DNA of 64,000 nucleotides from the human T2T-CHM13v2.0 reference genome, Homo sapiens. A program made the position numbers and the translations under genes. This document shows, piece by piece, positions 1 to 13,564 of this stretch (positions within the stretch are counted from its first letter, which is position 1; every line of letters starts with the position of its first letter). The stretch covers positions 26,528,001 to 26,592,000 of the forward strand of contig CP068257.2 of assembly GCA_009914755.4 (NCBI GenBank). The letters run 5' to 3'. The notes under the pieces were generated by a model that did no database searches, was not told the origin of the DNA, and was given only the letters and a program-made list of their open reading frames with translations.

Positions 1-1269
1 GGCAGGCTATGCTATAGTGCAAGCCACTAGCCCGCCTCTTAGAACCTCTCATTTCCTTTCCATTGTGGAAATCTATCCTCAAGGAAATCACTTCTCAGTG
101 TTCCAGCTGCTATTCTACTACCCCTCAGGGATTATTCAGGCCCCCTCCCTTCCCTACACAACAAGCTCGAGGATTTGCCCCACCCAGGACTGGCAAATTA
201 GCTTTACTCAACATGCCCCGAGTCAGGAAACTAAAATACCTCTTAGTCTAGGTAGACACTTTCACTGGATAGGTAGAGGCCTTTCCCACAGGATCTGAGA
301 AGGTCACCGCAGTCATTTCTTCCCTTCTGTCAGACATAATTCCTCGGTTTGGCCTTCCCACCTCTATATAGTCCGATATCAGACCGGCCTTTATTAGTCA
401 AATCAGCCAAGCAGTTTTTCAGGCTCTTGGTATTCAGTAAAACCTTTATATCCCTTACACTCCTCAGTCTTAAGGAAAAGCAGAACGGACTAAAGGTCTT
501 TTAAAAACGCACCTCACCAAGCTCAGCCACCAACTTAAAAAGGACTGGACAATACTTTTACCACTCTCCCTTCTCAGAATTCAGGCCTGTCCTCGGAATG
601 CTACAAGGTACAGCCCATTTCAGCTCATGTATAGACGCTTTTTATTAGGCCCCAGTCTCATCCCAGACACCAGATCAACCTAGACTGCGCCCCAAAAAAC
701 TTGTCATCCCTACTATCTTCTGTCTAGTCATACTCCTATTCACCATTCTCAACTACTCATAAATGCCCTGCTCTTGTTTACACTGCCGGTTTACACCGTT
801 TCTCTAAGCCATCACAGCTGATCTCCTCGTGCTATCCCCAAACCGCCACTCTTAACTCTTAAAGTAAATAAATAATCTTTGCTGGCAAGGCTATGCTGAA
901 CCTCCTTAGGCACTCTCTAATTAGATGTCCTAGGTCCTCCCAATTCTTAGTCCTTTAATACCTGCTTTTCTCCTTCTCTTATTCCATTTAGTTTTTCAAT
1001 TCATACAAAACCATATCCAGGCCATCACCAATAATTCTACATGACAAATGTTTCTTCTAACAACCCCACAATATCACCCCTTACCACAAAATCTTCCTTC
1101 AGCTTAATCTCTCCCACTCTAGGTTCCCACGCCGCCCCTAATCCTGCTCGAAGCAGCCCTGAGAAACATCGCCCATTATCTCTCCATACCACCCCCAAAA
1201 ATTTTTTGCCGTCCCAACACTTTACCACTATTTCGTTTTATTTTTCTTATTAATATAAGAAGACAGGAA
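1..1269 (+). mobile_element. HERV-H-like provirus internal region (pol integrase core, degenerate env/3' region), truncated by window start
   Basis: Translation with frameshifts gives gammaretroviral integrase motifs (..KYLLV.VDTFTG.VEAFP..KVTAVISSLLSDIIPRFGLPTSI.SD..PAFISQ.., ..SPFQLMYRRFLLGPSLIPDT..) followed by hydrophobic TM-like env remnant; purine-rich PPT-like tract aagaagacaggaa immediately before LTR. Confidence 0.7.
63..690 (+). pseudogene. retroviral integrase (pol) remnant, multiple frameshifts/stops
   Basis: ORFs 17..298 and 63..251 plus downstream frames together reconstruct integrase catalytic core; no intact ORF. Confidence 0.65.
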
Positions 1270-1705
1270 TGTCAGGCCTCTGAGCCCAAGCTAAGCCATC
1301 ATATCCCCTGTGACCTGCACATACACATCCAGATGGCCAGTTTCTGCCTTAACTGATGACATTCCACCGCAAAAGAAGTGAAAATGGCCTGTTCCTGCCT
1401 TAACTGATGACATTATCTTGTGAAATTCCTTCTCCCGGCTCATCCTGGCTCAAAAGCTCCCCTACTGAGCACCTTGTGACCCCCACTCCTGCCAGCCAGA
1501 GAACAACCCCCCACTTTGACTGTAATTTTCCTTTACCTACCCAAATCCTATAAAACGGCTATCTCAACCTATCCCACCCCTATCTCCCTTTGCTGACTCT
1601 CTTTTCAGACTCAGCCCGCCTGCACCCAGGTGAAATAAACAGCCTTGTTGCTCACACAAAACCTGTTTGGTGGTCTCTTCACACAGATGCGAGTGAAATG
1701 TACCA
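1270..1705 (+). mobile_element. LTR7-type 3' LTR of the HERV-H provirus
   Basis: Begins TGTCAGGCCTCTGAGCCCAAGCTAAGCCATCATATCCCCTGTGACCTGCAC, contains tandem ctgccttaactgatgacatt repeat, AATAAA (gtgaaataaacagcc), ends ..GTGAAATGTACCA; about 436 bp; directly follows PPT. Confidence 0.8.
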
Positions 1706-3564
1706 TTATTGGTTGTCAGATATTTCCTTTTCTTTTTAGGAAGTAAAGTGCCTCCAGGAAAATCCACATCCTAACTGGTAAGAGCCTACTTACAACAAGT
1801 GCACCTTGACGGGAAGGCATTGATATTCGAAAGGAAGAGAAATTCTAGATACAATACAGAGTCTATTGCTTGAATCTATCTCTAAACTCAGACTTGGGTT
1901 AATCCAATGAAAAGTAGGAAATTTTACTGAAACCCAACAGATTTGCATTGCTATAAAACTCTGTAAAATGACCAAGTGCCAGGAGGCTTTATCATACCTT
2001 GGTTGTGGCAGAAGACTCTGGAATCCCAGGAACAGAGTATAATTTTGAGGGTATCAGAGCAAGAAAGGAAAGCAGAAAGCTTTGCTGTAATCTACACACA
2101 CAAACACAAAGTGGTTTACTAAAGCCATCTGCAATTTCAAGGCAATCAGTACACTCAGTAATTCAAAACTGTTTATTGAGATCTAAGATATGGAAGCCAG
2201 TGTGCTGACTCCAAAGGTATAAAGGACCAGCAAGAAAGTAGACACTTTAACTGCAAATATAATGGAGTAGACAGACAGGTAATTAAAATCTAGTGTGATA
2301 AAGGATCTTCTTGAGAGAAATTATTATGTCTTGAGGGCAAGAAAGGGAACTAATTAAGTTTGCATTTTAAAAATTGTTAAGAATAGATGTAGGATGGGAT
2401 AGAGGGTACCTTAGAGATGCAAGGATTGTGGAGGAATACTTTCATATGTTTTATGATGAATTGAAAGAAGATAATATTCTACTTCCTGTGCAAGTCATAT
2501 ATATGTTTGACACATTCTAAAGCAGACCTAACTTAGGGATCATTTAGATTTGAGTGGTAAGAGATAGAAAGTAATGAGGATAATTCTCATGTTTCTCACT
2601 TACCTAAGTTTTATTCTATTTAAACAAAGTAGAAATTAGTCATAGCAGGAACACTCTGAGTGTTCATAATTTTTTAAATGAGTGAACTCAGCAGCTTTGA
2701 TAATATAATTAGACATATGTAACAATACCCATCTACCTGGGTTGGCTTTATAAAATGTAGATATCAATACTTGGAAAACAAGTTATCCTTTCATGTTTAT
2801 TCATTAACAATAGTATGTCCTTCATCTTAAGTAGTCATACATCTTGCTCTTTCTTGATTGGAACCTTAAAGCTAAAAATGACATATGGACCTCTTTGTAT
2901 CCATATAATTAACAACAAACAGATATAATTGTTTGAATAATTTTAACTACAGAACTGTGTTAATTTCAATTCAACTGAATGCAGAGTAGTAGACTAACAA
3001 GAAGCTCTTTAAGCTACAAAGAATTAAGCAAAACAATTATAAAATCAATTTGACATCGCAACAATGATACATATTTCTGCATTTCAGACATAGCTAGAAT
3101 GGAGAACCACTTATAGGATAATAATTTACATTAAAATAAAAGGTATAATCAAATAAAAGAATAATAAAATAAAAATGCAGCGTGAAAATATAAGTAGGTA
3201 CTGCTGTTTAATTATATGTTTTATGAAAATGCTTAATGTTTTAGAAAAATGAGAAACAGAAAAATTGCTCTTTTCATTCAATTTGTTGTAGATTTCTTTC
3301 TGCATTCTTTATGAGCTCTTGTAAGAGATATATTTCTGTTATTGTAAACGTACTTTGTTACTTTCTATCTAATGTTATAAATTTGCTTTATATGGTTTCA
3401 ATGTTCTGAAATTAACCCTCTCTATGAGATTTATGATTATTTAGCAAAATTTTTATCAAAAACATCCACTCATTTATATTTTCTTGGAGGGGTTTAGTTT
3501 CAAGGGCCCCTTTAAACATTGATAAAGGTCATTAACTTACAGGTAATATCTTACTTTTTAATTG

Positions 3565-3603
3565 GTGTGTGTGTGGGTGTGTATGTGTGTGTGTGTGTGT
3601 GTT
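3565..3603. repeat. (GT)n microsatellite, imperfect
   Basis: gtgtgtgtgtgggtgtgtatgtgtgtgtgtgtgtgtgtg. Confidence 0.95.
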
Positions 3604-4088
3604 TCAGGGGAAGAATTGTAAAGTGAACATATTACTTCCTCTCCTGTGGCTGGACTTTGATTACTATTGGGTCACTGAAGGAAGTACAAAAGCGTGTTCT
3701 TGGGCGAAAAGTAAATTAAACCCACAAAGATGTAGTCTACAAGAATTAATGGTGAAAAAAAATCAAGGAAGATTTTTGATAAGCCTATATAAGTATTAAT
3801 CATCAAAATGATATAAATAAGCTGGGTGGGTCTAAAAAATCTATACTCATTTTGTCACATCATTCAAGAGTAAAATAGATATGTTTAAATTTACCTTATA
3901 GTTTATTAATAATGTATGTATTTTAAAATTCATCTTTAAAAGTATGGATATAGAAAGTGTAACACAAATAAGTAAAGTTACGTAGTAGAATCAACCAAAT
4001 TATTTTACTAGATGAACAGAAAATAGTTTGTATTAATGAAAAGCAATGGAAATCAAGGTAAGTAAACAAAGTATGACAAAGAGATTCA

Positions 4089-4417
<329 letters not shown>

Positions 4418-4418
<1 letters not shown>

Positions 4419-4443
4419 TTAATTAATTAATTAATTAATTAAA
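4418..4443. repeat. (AATT)n microsatellite replacing the Alu poly-A tail
   Basis: aattaattaattaattaattaattaa. Confidence 0.9.
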
Positions 4444-7400
4444 TGCACGAGTGGGTGAAAAAAAGGAGAGTTGTAAGATCTAAAGTATAACATGCTCTAT
4501 ATAAATATTTTGAACGGAATAAAAATACTATGTTTTTGTTGGATACATGCATTTGGAATACCTGTACAAAAACACGGTAGGAAAAATACACAGCAAATAC
4601 TAAACAACACTTACTCTTTAGAAAAGAAAGATAAAGAAAAATTACTTATAGCGGTTTATGTTATTTAGTAGTAAGTTAACTTTTACTAATTCTGGGTGAT
4701 TCAGACATGCGTGCTTATTATGTTTTATATGTGCGTTTCTTTGTGTTTCAAATGTTTCACAATTACAAAGGTTGATACTGTGTACCTTAAAATGTAGACT
4801 AATCTTACGTAGATCTAAAAGACCTAGGTATCATCCAGGATCAGAATACCTTTTGTTTCGTTGTTCTGTCATCCCTTTAGTGTATGGTACTTGTTTACTT
4901 CTTCAAAGATGGCCTCTAACCAGCAAGAAGGAGGGAAAAAAAAGATGTAATAAGAAGCTATCTTTTAAAGACATGACACTTCAGTTGCAGAGATCATTTT
5001 TTGTTTATAAATCAGCAGCCAGAACTTAGTCATTTGATCAAACTTACATGCAAGGAAGGCTGATAGAGTCTTAAGCTGAGTGAACCAGTGTTCCGATTAA
5101 TACTTTGTGGTTCTATCACTAATACACCGAACAGAAGGATGAAAACTGCATAAGCACATTTGCATTATAAGCACATTTTTCAACAAAATCATTAATACAG
5201 CGTTTCTAAAAGCATAGGCTTGGACCACAGACTGTTCAGAAAAGTTCCCTTTTTCTAGGGGTAAAGGAGGTATAATTTTATGCTTCTGGGTCAGAATGTT
5301 TTAGCAAACAGCAGTTTAACATAGTAGGACTTTATGCTTATGCAAACTTTATCTCACCACCCTCCTCCCAGAAAAAAAAAAAAAAATCAGCATGCTGAGT
5401 GCTGAGTTTTAGTTTTAATAAGCAAAAATCAGCAGCCCAGCAGCCTTTAACGGGCTTGAGGGACAAGTGTGATTATTTTTACAAGGATATTTCATGAATT
5501 AAATGAAAAGAATCATATTATTCCTGAGCACCAATCTCCATGAGAAAGAGCAAAACTAGAACAGGTGAGTTATTCCCTCTCCAGAGCAAATTTTATTTTA
5601 AATAAAAGCAGTGCCCCATAATTTAAGTAGGCAATTCAATTCAACTTTGATTCCTTAGAAGAAACTGAAGATTAACTAATGTACTATTGTATTAGTATCG
5701 GTAAACTTCTTAAGGAAAAACGCTATTGAATGTGTCAATATTAGATTACCTTCATTACATTGTTAAACTCATAACCCTGCTACAAAAGAATCTCAGCTGG
5801 ACAGGATGTTACAATTTGTTGCATTGTTGTCATCAAATAAAAACCTTCCTTGAGCTTCCATGTGTTGGTGATGATAGCAGCTACTCTGATTTCAGCCATC
5901 TAAATATGGTCTGAAATTTTCAGACCTCTTGACTGTCCAATGTATGTGTCACTTATGAAGAATAAGGTGAAATTTTAAATTTATTTAAAGTCTAGGTGTC
6001 CATAATTTGGTTGTAAAATATGATTATTTTCTAAAAGTTGCAAGTGCAATACTACAACTTTTTAATATATTTTTAAAGTTTAATTACTAATAGCTATTTT
6101 CTGCCTTCAAGAAAAATATCAAAAGCAGAAAGTGTACCAAAGGCACAAGAAAGTACTGATGTGTTTTAAGACAGCCAAGTTCTGCAATTTCATGTTAAAG
6201 TTTTGTGAGTTGAAGTTGGCTTAACACAGATATTTTCCAGAGAGGGAGAATTGGCAGATATGAACAGACTGGCATGGTACTAATGAAAAAATGAACTGGT
6301 TCAAGTGGTTGGAAAGTAAACAATATGTGTTTGTATGTTATTATCCATTAATGATCCGAGAGGTATAATTGGAAGCTACGAATGACTTTCATAACTTAAA
6401 GAGTAAATGAGTTTCCTAAATCACGTGTTACATTGTACTATTCAGTTGAGAGAGCCTTCTCCTATTTGAAAATGTGAACATTATATGAATGTATAATTTT
6501 AAAAGTGGAAAAGTAGTGCATGTTAAATATTAAATATTAAAATTTGCATAATTATAATACAGTATTTCTTTCCAAGTATCTTGTGAAATAAAAATTTAAA
6601 AATTTTACTCAATGTGTTATTTTAGGTACAAGTCAAAGCTTCCAGGTAGTTCATCAATAGTGTGGCGTACTTTACAGTAATTTGAATGCAATTACGCAAA
6701 ACTGCTATCACAGCTTTGGAAGACATTATGTGAGAGAGCAGAAAAAAAATAAAATAATTTTCTAAAAGACATAGTGAATGCTAGAAAACTAATGAAGACT
6801 TCAGGTGCATTTTAAGCTGTCCTCAAAATGCTAAGACATGTTTCTATTTGCAAACAGCAGCAAAACATATATAACCAATTTTCTCTTATTTCAAACAATT
6901 TTAGTGTCACACACACACCTTCCATAGAAAATCAATTGATATTTTAACTTACATTTATTCTTAGAATTAGCTATGCTTGATTATAGAAACATTATTTTGG
7001 TTTTGGAAAGCATCAATAATAAAGCCCTCCCTTTTCTCCATGAAATTGATACTGGCTCTCTGAAGCATGAAGATTATTCTTAAATAATATTCCTGTGAGT
7101 TTAAATAAATTTCATGATAATGTGGCTTAATAAACCATGATTTCCCCTTCTAGAAAACACAATTCCTCCTGGAGGGTGAATAATTTAGCATTGCTTAACA
7201 CACATTCTCACTTTAAAAAGGAAAAACTGAGTACACATTCACTGTGCATCTTATTTCAGTCTTTCAACAATGAGAGAGAAAACATGATGATGGATTTAAC
7301 TGGCCAGCACTACAAATCCACAGGATTCAAAATGTACCATAACCAAGAAAGTCACAAGCCAGGAGGCTTAGCAAATCCAGTGGGTTCCATGACTCTTCAA

Positions 7401-7808
7401 ATATTTTCAGAGAGCTTATCGCTTAAGCTCATAACCCTGATATGTAAAATAGAAGAAAAATTCTTGGCCCTTCTTTCCAGAGCCCATTCAAAAGTGTGGA
7501 GAAGAGTAGTCTAGAAGTTACGTCAGTTGAAACATTTCAAATTTCTTTGTCTCAATGTGAAGCAGAGCTAGGAGGATTCGCTAACCTTCATTTCAGAATT
7601 AATATTCCCAGAATGCACGTGTTCTAGATATGTTGATTACCTGTGCTAAGAAGAAATGTAAAGAAAGGCAAAGCATGTTTAAAAGTTATAAACACATTCT
7701 GGTTCCAGGAAATGAAGAAAATTTAAAAGGCACATATTAAGAAGTAAGATTAAGGGCTGAAAGCAGCCAATTATCCCACTGTAATATTAATACATGAAAA
7801 TTTTCCAC

Positions 7809-7832
7809 TATATATATATATATATATATATA
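7809..7832. repeat. (TA)n microsatellite
   Basis: 12 uninterrupted TA units. Confidence 0.95.
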
Positions 7833-9008
7833 ACTACTTTAACATTTTTTTTCCTTTTAACTCTAAACATTTTGTCAGTTTGTGTGGGAAAAAAATAGAC
7901 CTGCCACAGCTTACTGTGGAACAGCTATTATTTCCATGAGTTTTGATTTACCAAATACGTAAATTTAAACCTAGTTTTAAAACTAATTTAATGGTGATGG
8001 TCCATTTGTATTTCTCTAGCTTGTTTACTAAAGACATTGTGTTAATGTTTAAATCTCATTTCTCATTTTAAAATGAAACTCAAAAGATTTACATCTATGG
8101 TGGTATTTTTAAAAATATGCACACACAAAACCTTTATGAAGCCAAAAATAATTGAACAATTATATTTCTGAGAAGCTGCAGAACAGTAGCTTTAATAACG
8201 GGCTTTAAGCTTTAATTTGCCAAGTTGTTTTAGTACCCAAAGAAAGATATGTACTCCTGAAACTTGCATTTAAGATTCTAAGATTGACTTCTTTCCTTTA
8301 AAATGCAGGGCTATCAGTGTTGCTGTATTAATGGTATAATAAGAAGGGAAAAGTGTCAGTGAATACAGCAACAGCCAAACCAGCTCAACTAGGATTGCAG
8401 AAAATGGTATCTGCCTTTAGCTTGATCGTGGTAAACATTTTATTCAAGATCAAACTTTTCAAAATTCCAATTGGTCAAATAAAAGAAGAAATTGATCCTC
8501 ACTGACTTTTGGAGGATATAAATAAAAAGAAAAAAGATACCACTAGACTCAAATAATTCACATTTCACTCATCCACTGTCAAACTTCAATTAATGAATAT
8601 TGTTGAAATTTAATGTGTGAACAAATGTTTATATAACTTCTTATGAAAGTTAAAATTTTTACATAGAATATTGTATCCTTTTCAAATTTGTCTCTAGAGT
8701 AAAATACAATAGAAAATTTCTTGTATATTTATGTACATTTTTGTTTTCAAGGCTGTAGTGCAATGTACACTTCTAAAAGAATTTGGTGTCTGCATAAACT
8801 GTGTCTACATGGAGAAATCTCCAGTTTCAGAGAATATTTGATGAAAAAATGTAAAGGTAAACTGGATAAACACAATTACATGAATAATTCTAATGGATAA
8901 AATAATAATGACTAGGTAAGAAGTGTAATTCACCTGAGGGTTGGTAGTACCTTGTGCGATCATCATGTTTTGGGATGCATTACTAAAGGAATCTTTCAAG
9001 ATTTTATT

Positions 9009-9220
9009 ATTTTTCTTTTCCTTTTTTTCTTTTCTCTTCCTTCCGTTCTTTCCTTCCTTCCTTCCTTCCCTCCTTCTCTCCCTCCCTCCCTCCCCTCCTT
9101 CCTTCCTTCCTCCCTCCCTCTCTTTCTCTCTTTTTTTCTTTCTTCCTTTCTTTCTTCCTTTCTTTCTTTCTCTTCCTCTCTTTCCTTTTCTTCTTTCTTT
9201 CCTTTTTTTTTCTTTCTTTT
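9009..9220. repeat. Long homopyrimidine (TTCC/TTTC/CCCT)n tract (+ strand), expanded tail of adjacent minus-strand Alu fragment
   Basis: About 210 bp with no purine runs; ORFs 8941..9284 (+) and 8996..9277 (-) are its low-complexity translations. Confidence 0.9.
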
Positions 9221-9328
9221 GACAGGGTCTCTATATTCCAGGCTAAAGTGCTGTGGTGCAATCATAGCTCCCTGCAACCTCTAACTCTTGGGCTCAAGGG
9301 ATTCTCCCACCCCAACCTCTCAAGTAAC
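9221..9328 (-). mobile_element. 5'-truncated Alu (3' ~105 bp only)
   Basis: Reverse complement matches Alu right-arm end (..GCAGGGAGCTATGATTGCACCACAGCACTTTAGCCTGGAATATAGAGACCCTGTCAA) and abuts the pyrimidine tract (its A-rich tail on the minus strand). Confidence 0.7.
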
Positions 9329-10729
9329 CTCTCTTAAATTGCCCTTTCTTAGTCTTCTCTGTGAATGATTCTCCCTCTGAGTGTCGTTTGGATGTTGGAC
9401 TTCTTTTCTCCTCTACTGAGTCCTATTTCAGGTCTTCTGCCTAGTATTTAAATCCAACTAGCCTGCACCCTACTAGATAATGTTACTTGCTGAAAATAAA
9501 TTAATAAATAAAACAGTAAAAATGAACAGGTTATAGAAAAAAATGATGAGAGTGACTGAGACAACTTACAATAAAGTGATAAAGAAATGCCTCTTTGGGA
9601 GGGACCACTTAAACATGGGCCAATATTATGTTACTCATGTGGCTCACATCCATAGGAAAATTAGAAGCAACATAAAGAATGCTGGCAAAATCCCCAGGGT
9701 AAGAGTGTATATGATGCATCTGAGCCAAAAAGTATCAAAAAAAAAAATAAAATAAAATAGAGCAAAAAGAGAGCAAAAGAAGAGTGCCATGAGAAGTTGA
9801 GAAGGCATACAGGAGCCAAGATCATGAAAATCTTGAAATGAAGGATGTTTGGTTATACTCCAGTAGCACCAGAAAGACATTAACGGGGTTAAAAAATAAA
9901 GTGTAGCAAATGTATTCATTTATTAACTCATTTGTTTTTTCCAAAGAAATTTGCCTCATTCCTATGTGCCCAGCACTGGGTAAGTGCTGGGGCTATGATG
10001 TAAAAAAACAAAAAACACCATTTTGTTCTCATGAAACTTACAGTTTAGCGAGGACTGGAATATTAAACGAATATACATATGTAAATCCAAACTGATATTT
10101 GCTCTGAATGAAAGAAATATGGTTTCAAAAGGATTATAATATAGAATCTGACACAGATTAAGAAGTCAGGAAATGCATCTTAGAGGAAAGAATCATGAAG
10201 CTGAGATCTGGAGGATGTGAGGAGATACATGCGCTGTCATCACTGTTGTACAGGGAGCATAGCACATGTGAGATGCTAAAAGAAGGGCAATATGGCCCAA
10301 CTGCAGAATATAGAGGTTATTGTAATGTGGGACAAGGCTGCAAAAATACAAGAAAAATCATAATATGCCATATAAGCCAGGTAAGAATTTGGTTTTTAGC
10401 CTCAGAGCAATGGGAAGCCATTGAAAGGTTTTAAGCTGTTAGTGAGATAATTGGATGTGAAAATGCGATGGCATGTTTCCAAGAGATTGAAAGGAAACCA
10501 GATTGGATAAAGAGAGACTATGATAGAGAGATTATTACCAGTTTCAAGGCAGGAAATAATAGTAACCTTGTTCAAGATGGTAGCAGTGGATATGAACGAA
10601 ATGGACAAATTCTACCTATGTTTTGGACAGTATTTACCACCTTTATTTCTAATCACTCTCTGTTAGTCCATTCTTGCATTGCAACAAAGAAATAACTGAA
10701 ACAGAGTAATCTGTAAAGAAGAGAGGTTT

Positions 10730-11553
<824 letters not shown>

Positions 11554-12092
11554 ACACTCAACTTCTTAGACATTTTTAATAGCCCCTCCTCTATGAAAAT
11601 TTTAATACAAAGGTATAAAGTGTATCTGATTAAGTAGTGTGTGTATGACTGTTCTTTGTACATTAAAACATTTTTTTAATCCCCCTCCAAAAAAGTACCA
11701 ATTGTAATCCTCTGAGGGCAGTATATAATTCATGGAGGCTACATGCTTTAGGAGTGATAATTCAACAAGTCATGGCAGTGGTTTGAACATAGGAAGAAAA
11801 AGGAAGAGACTGTCAAACTTTCTAGCTTGCATAATTTAATGGTTTTACTTTTTTGAGAAAAAGAATACCAGAAATGAACTAGGTTTAAATGAGGGCAGGT
11901 AAGATAGTTTTTGTTTCAGCATATCAAGTCTGAATTGTTTTTGAGAACTCTAAATAAAACTGTTGGTAGGAGATGTTTTCCCTTTCGTTTCTGGCACAAG
12001 CAGGGAGTGCAGCTGCAGAGAAGATGCCTTTGTAAATCATTGCATTTCTGAAGGCAACATCTTCCCACTTACAAAGTCTGGAACTGGAAGAC

Positions 12093-12437
12093 CTAAGCAG
12101 CCCTGCTGATACCAGTGGAATTGGAAATGGAATGGAGTGAGAATGAAAGAGAATATTTTGACTGGCAGACTCCAGTCACAGAGTCTGAATCAGGGAAAGA
12201 AACCCCTTGTGTAACTGGTGTGAGATGGTATCTCATTGTGGTTTTGATTTGCATTTCTCTGATGGCCAGTGATGATGAGCATTTTTTCATGTGTCTGTTG
12301 GCTGCATAAATGTCTTCTTTTGAGAAGTGTCTGTTCATATCCTTCGCCCACTTTCTGATGGGGTTATTTTTTTCTTGTAAATTCATAGGTAGGAATTGAA
12401 CAATGAGAACACTTGGACACAGGAAGGGGAACATCAC
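12093..12437 (-). pseudogene. L1 ORF2 fragment (inverted segment of the twin-primed L1)
   Basis: 114-aa ORF with L1 ORF2 motifs [23 protein letters not shown]. Confidence 0.85.
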
Positions 12438-12641
12438 ACACAGGGGCCTGTTGTGGGGTGGGGGAAGGGGGGACGGATAGCATTAGGGGATATACCTAAT
12501 GTAAATGACGAGTTAATGGGTGCAGCACACCAACATGGCACATGTATACATATGTAACAAACCTGCACGTTGTGCACATGTACCCTAGAACTTAAAGTAT
12601 AATTAAAAAAAAAAAAAAAAAAGAAAAGAAACTCCTTGTGT
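12195..12641 (+). mobile_element. 5'-truncated L1 insertion (L1PA-like) with twin-priming 5' inversion and flanking 18-bp TSDs
   Basis: 12213-12384 is reverse-complemented ORF2 (ORF 12093..12437 minus: ..[47 protein letters not shown]..); 12385-12605 is sense L1 3' end (GGAATTGAACAATGAGAACACTTGGACACAGG..GGGTGCAGCACACCAACATGGCACATGTATACATATGTAACAAACCTGCACGTTGTGCACATGTACCCTAGAACTTAAAGTATAATT) plus poly-A 12606-12622; TSD gaaagaaaccccttgtgt (12195-12212) / gaaaagaaactccttgtgt (12623-12641). Confidence 0.85.
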
Positions 12642-12659
12642 ATCCAGGGAGACTTGGGA

Positions 12660-12722
12660 GTAAGGCCAGGTTTTGTGTGTGCATGTGTTTTGTTTTTTGT
12701 TTTTTGGGTTTTTTTTTTTTTT
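12660..12722. repeat. GT/T-rich low-complexity tract
   Basis: ggttttgtgtgtgcatgtgttttgttttttgttttttgggtttttttttttttt. Confidence 0.8.
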
Positions 12723-13564
12723 AACTCTCTTGAATAAATCTGGGAGTTGATGGAAAGAATAGATTAAATGCTAAAATCTTCCTAATGTCTTATTCTGGTA
12801 GTAAAGAAGTAAAGAGGTTATAAAAAATTAATATCAATGGTGTGGAAACAGTTGAAAAATAAAACATCTTGGAGGGGGTTTGTTTTTTTCTTCAATTTTC
12901 ATCGACAATAGAGAACAAGCTTAATTTGACTTTTTGGAATAGAAGTTATGGCTCAAACATTTAAAAGCATAGTTAGAATCTAAAAAATGAAACAGAAAAT
13001 GAACTAATCAAGCAAGCAAAGACTATATAAGACAAAAAGAAAATTGACAACATAGTAAAATAAATTATAAACACAAAAAAGATAAAAGGACTAAAACAAT
13101 TTCACTTACAATACAAAATGAGAACAGGCTAAATTCTCTAAAACTTAAAACAGTGACTTTCAAATTGTAATTTAAAAAATACTGCCATATTCTCTATGGT
13201 TCCGTATGTAACTATGTTTGCTTACCACCCATTAGGCTATTTTACAATTCTCATGCAATGGTAATACAACTAAATATTTTAAGGAGACATGCAATTGCTT
13301 TATGATCAATAGAAACAATAATCCCAGAGGTTGTCTTCTTGATACTTTATAGCTATTAGTTATTGTAAACAAGGCCCAAAATGTTCATTTATACCTACCA
13401 CTTTGAGGAAAAGGGGACTTAACTTTTTCAGGATTACCTTTCTGATAGGATTTTGTTATGGAAGATAACAAAAACCACTGAATTAACTTGTTTCTCTTTT
13501 CAGCTATGGAAATGGGCTTGATCATTATTATTTTTTAATTCTTACTATCTTTATCAGTTTTAAT

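Noticed and set aside
5372-5386. A15 run as a retroelement tail
   Set aside because: The upstream sequence does not resemble Alu/L1/SVA 3' ends and no TSD was found; left as a simple homopolymer.
7137-7514. 125-aa ORF 7137..7514 (+)
   Set aside because: No recognisable domain, AT-rich context, no Kozak-like start or splice signals; a chance ORF of this length is expected in 64 kb. Not supported as a gene.
8941-9284. ORFs 8941..9222 (+), 8952..9284 (+), 8996..9277 (-), 9007..9261 (-) encoding SFLPS / KKERKKE peptides
   Set aside because: Pure translation of a homopyrimidine/homopurine microsatellite; low complexity on both strands, no start context, and overlapping in all frames.
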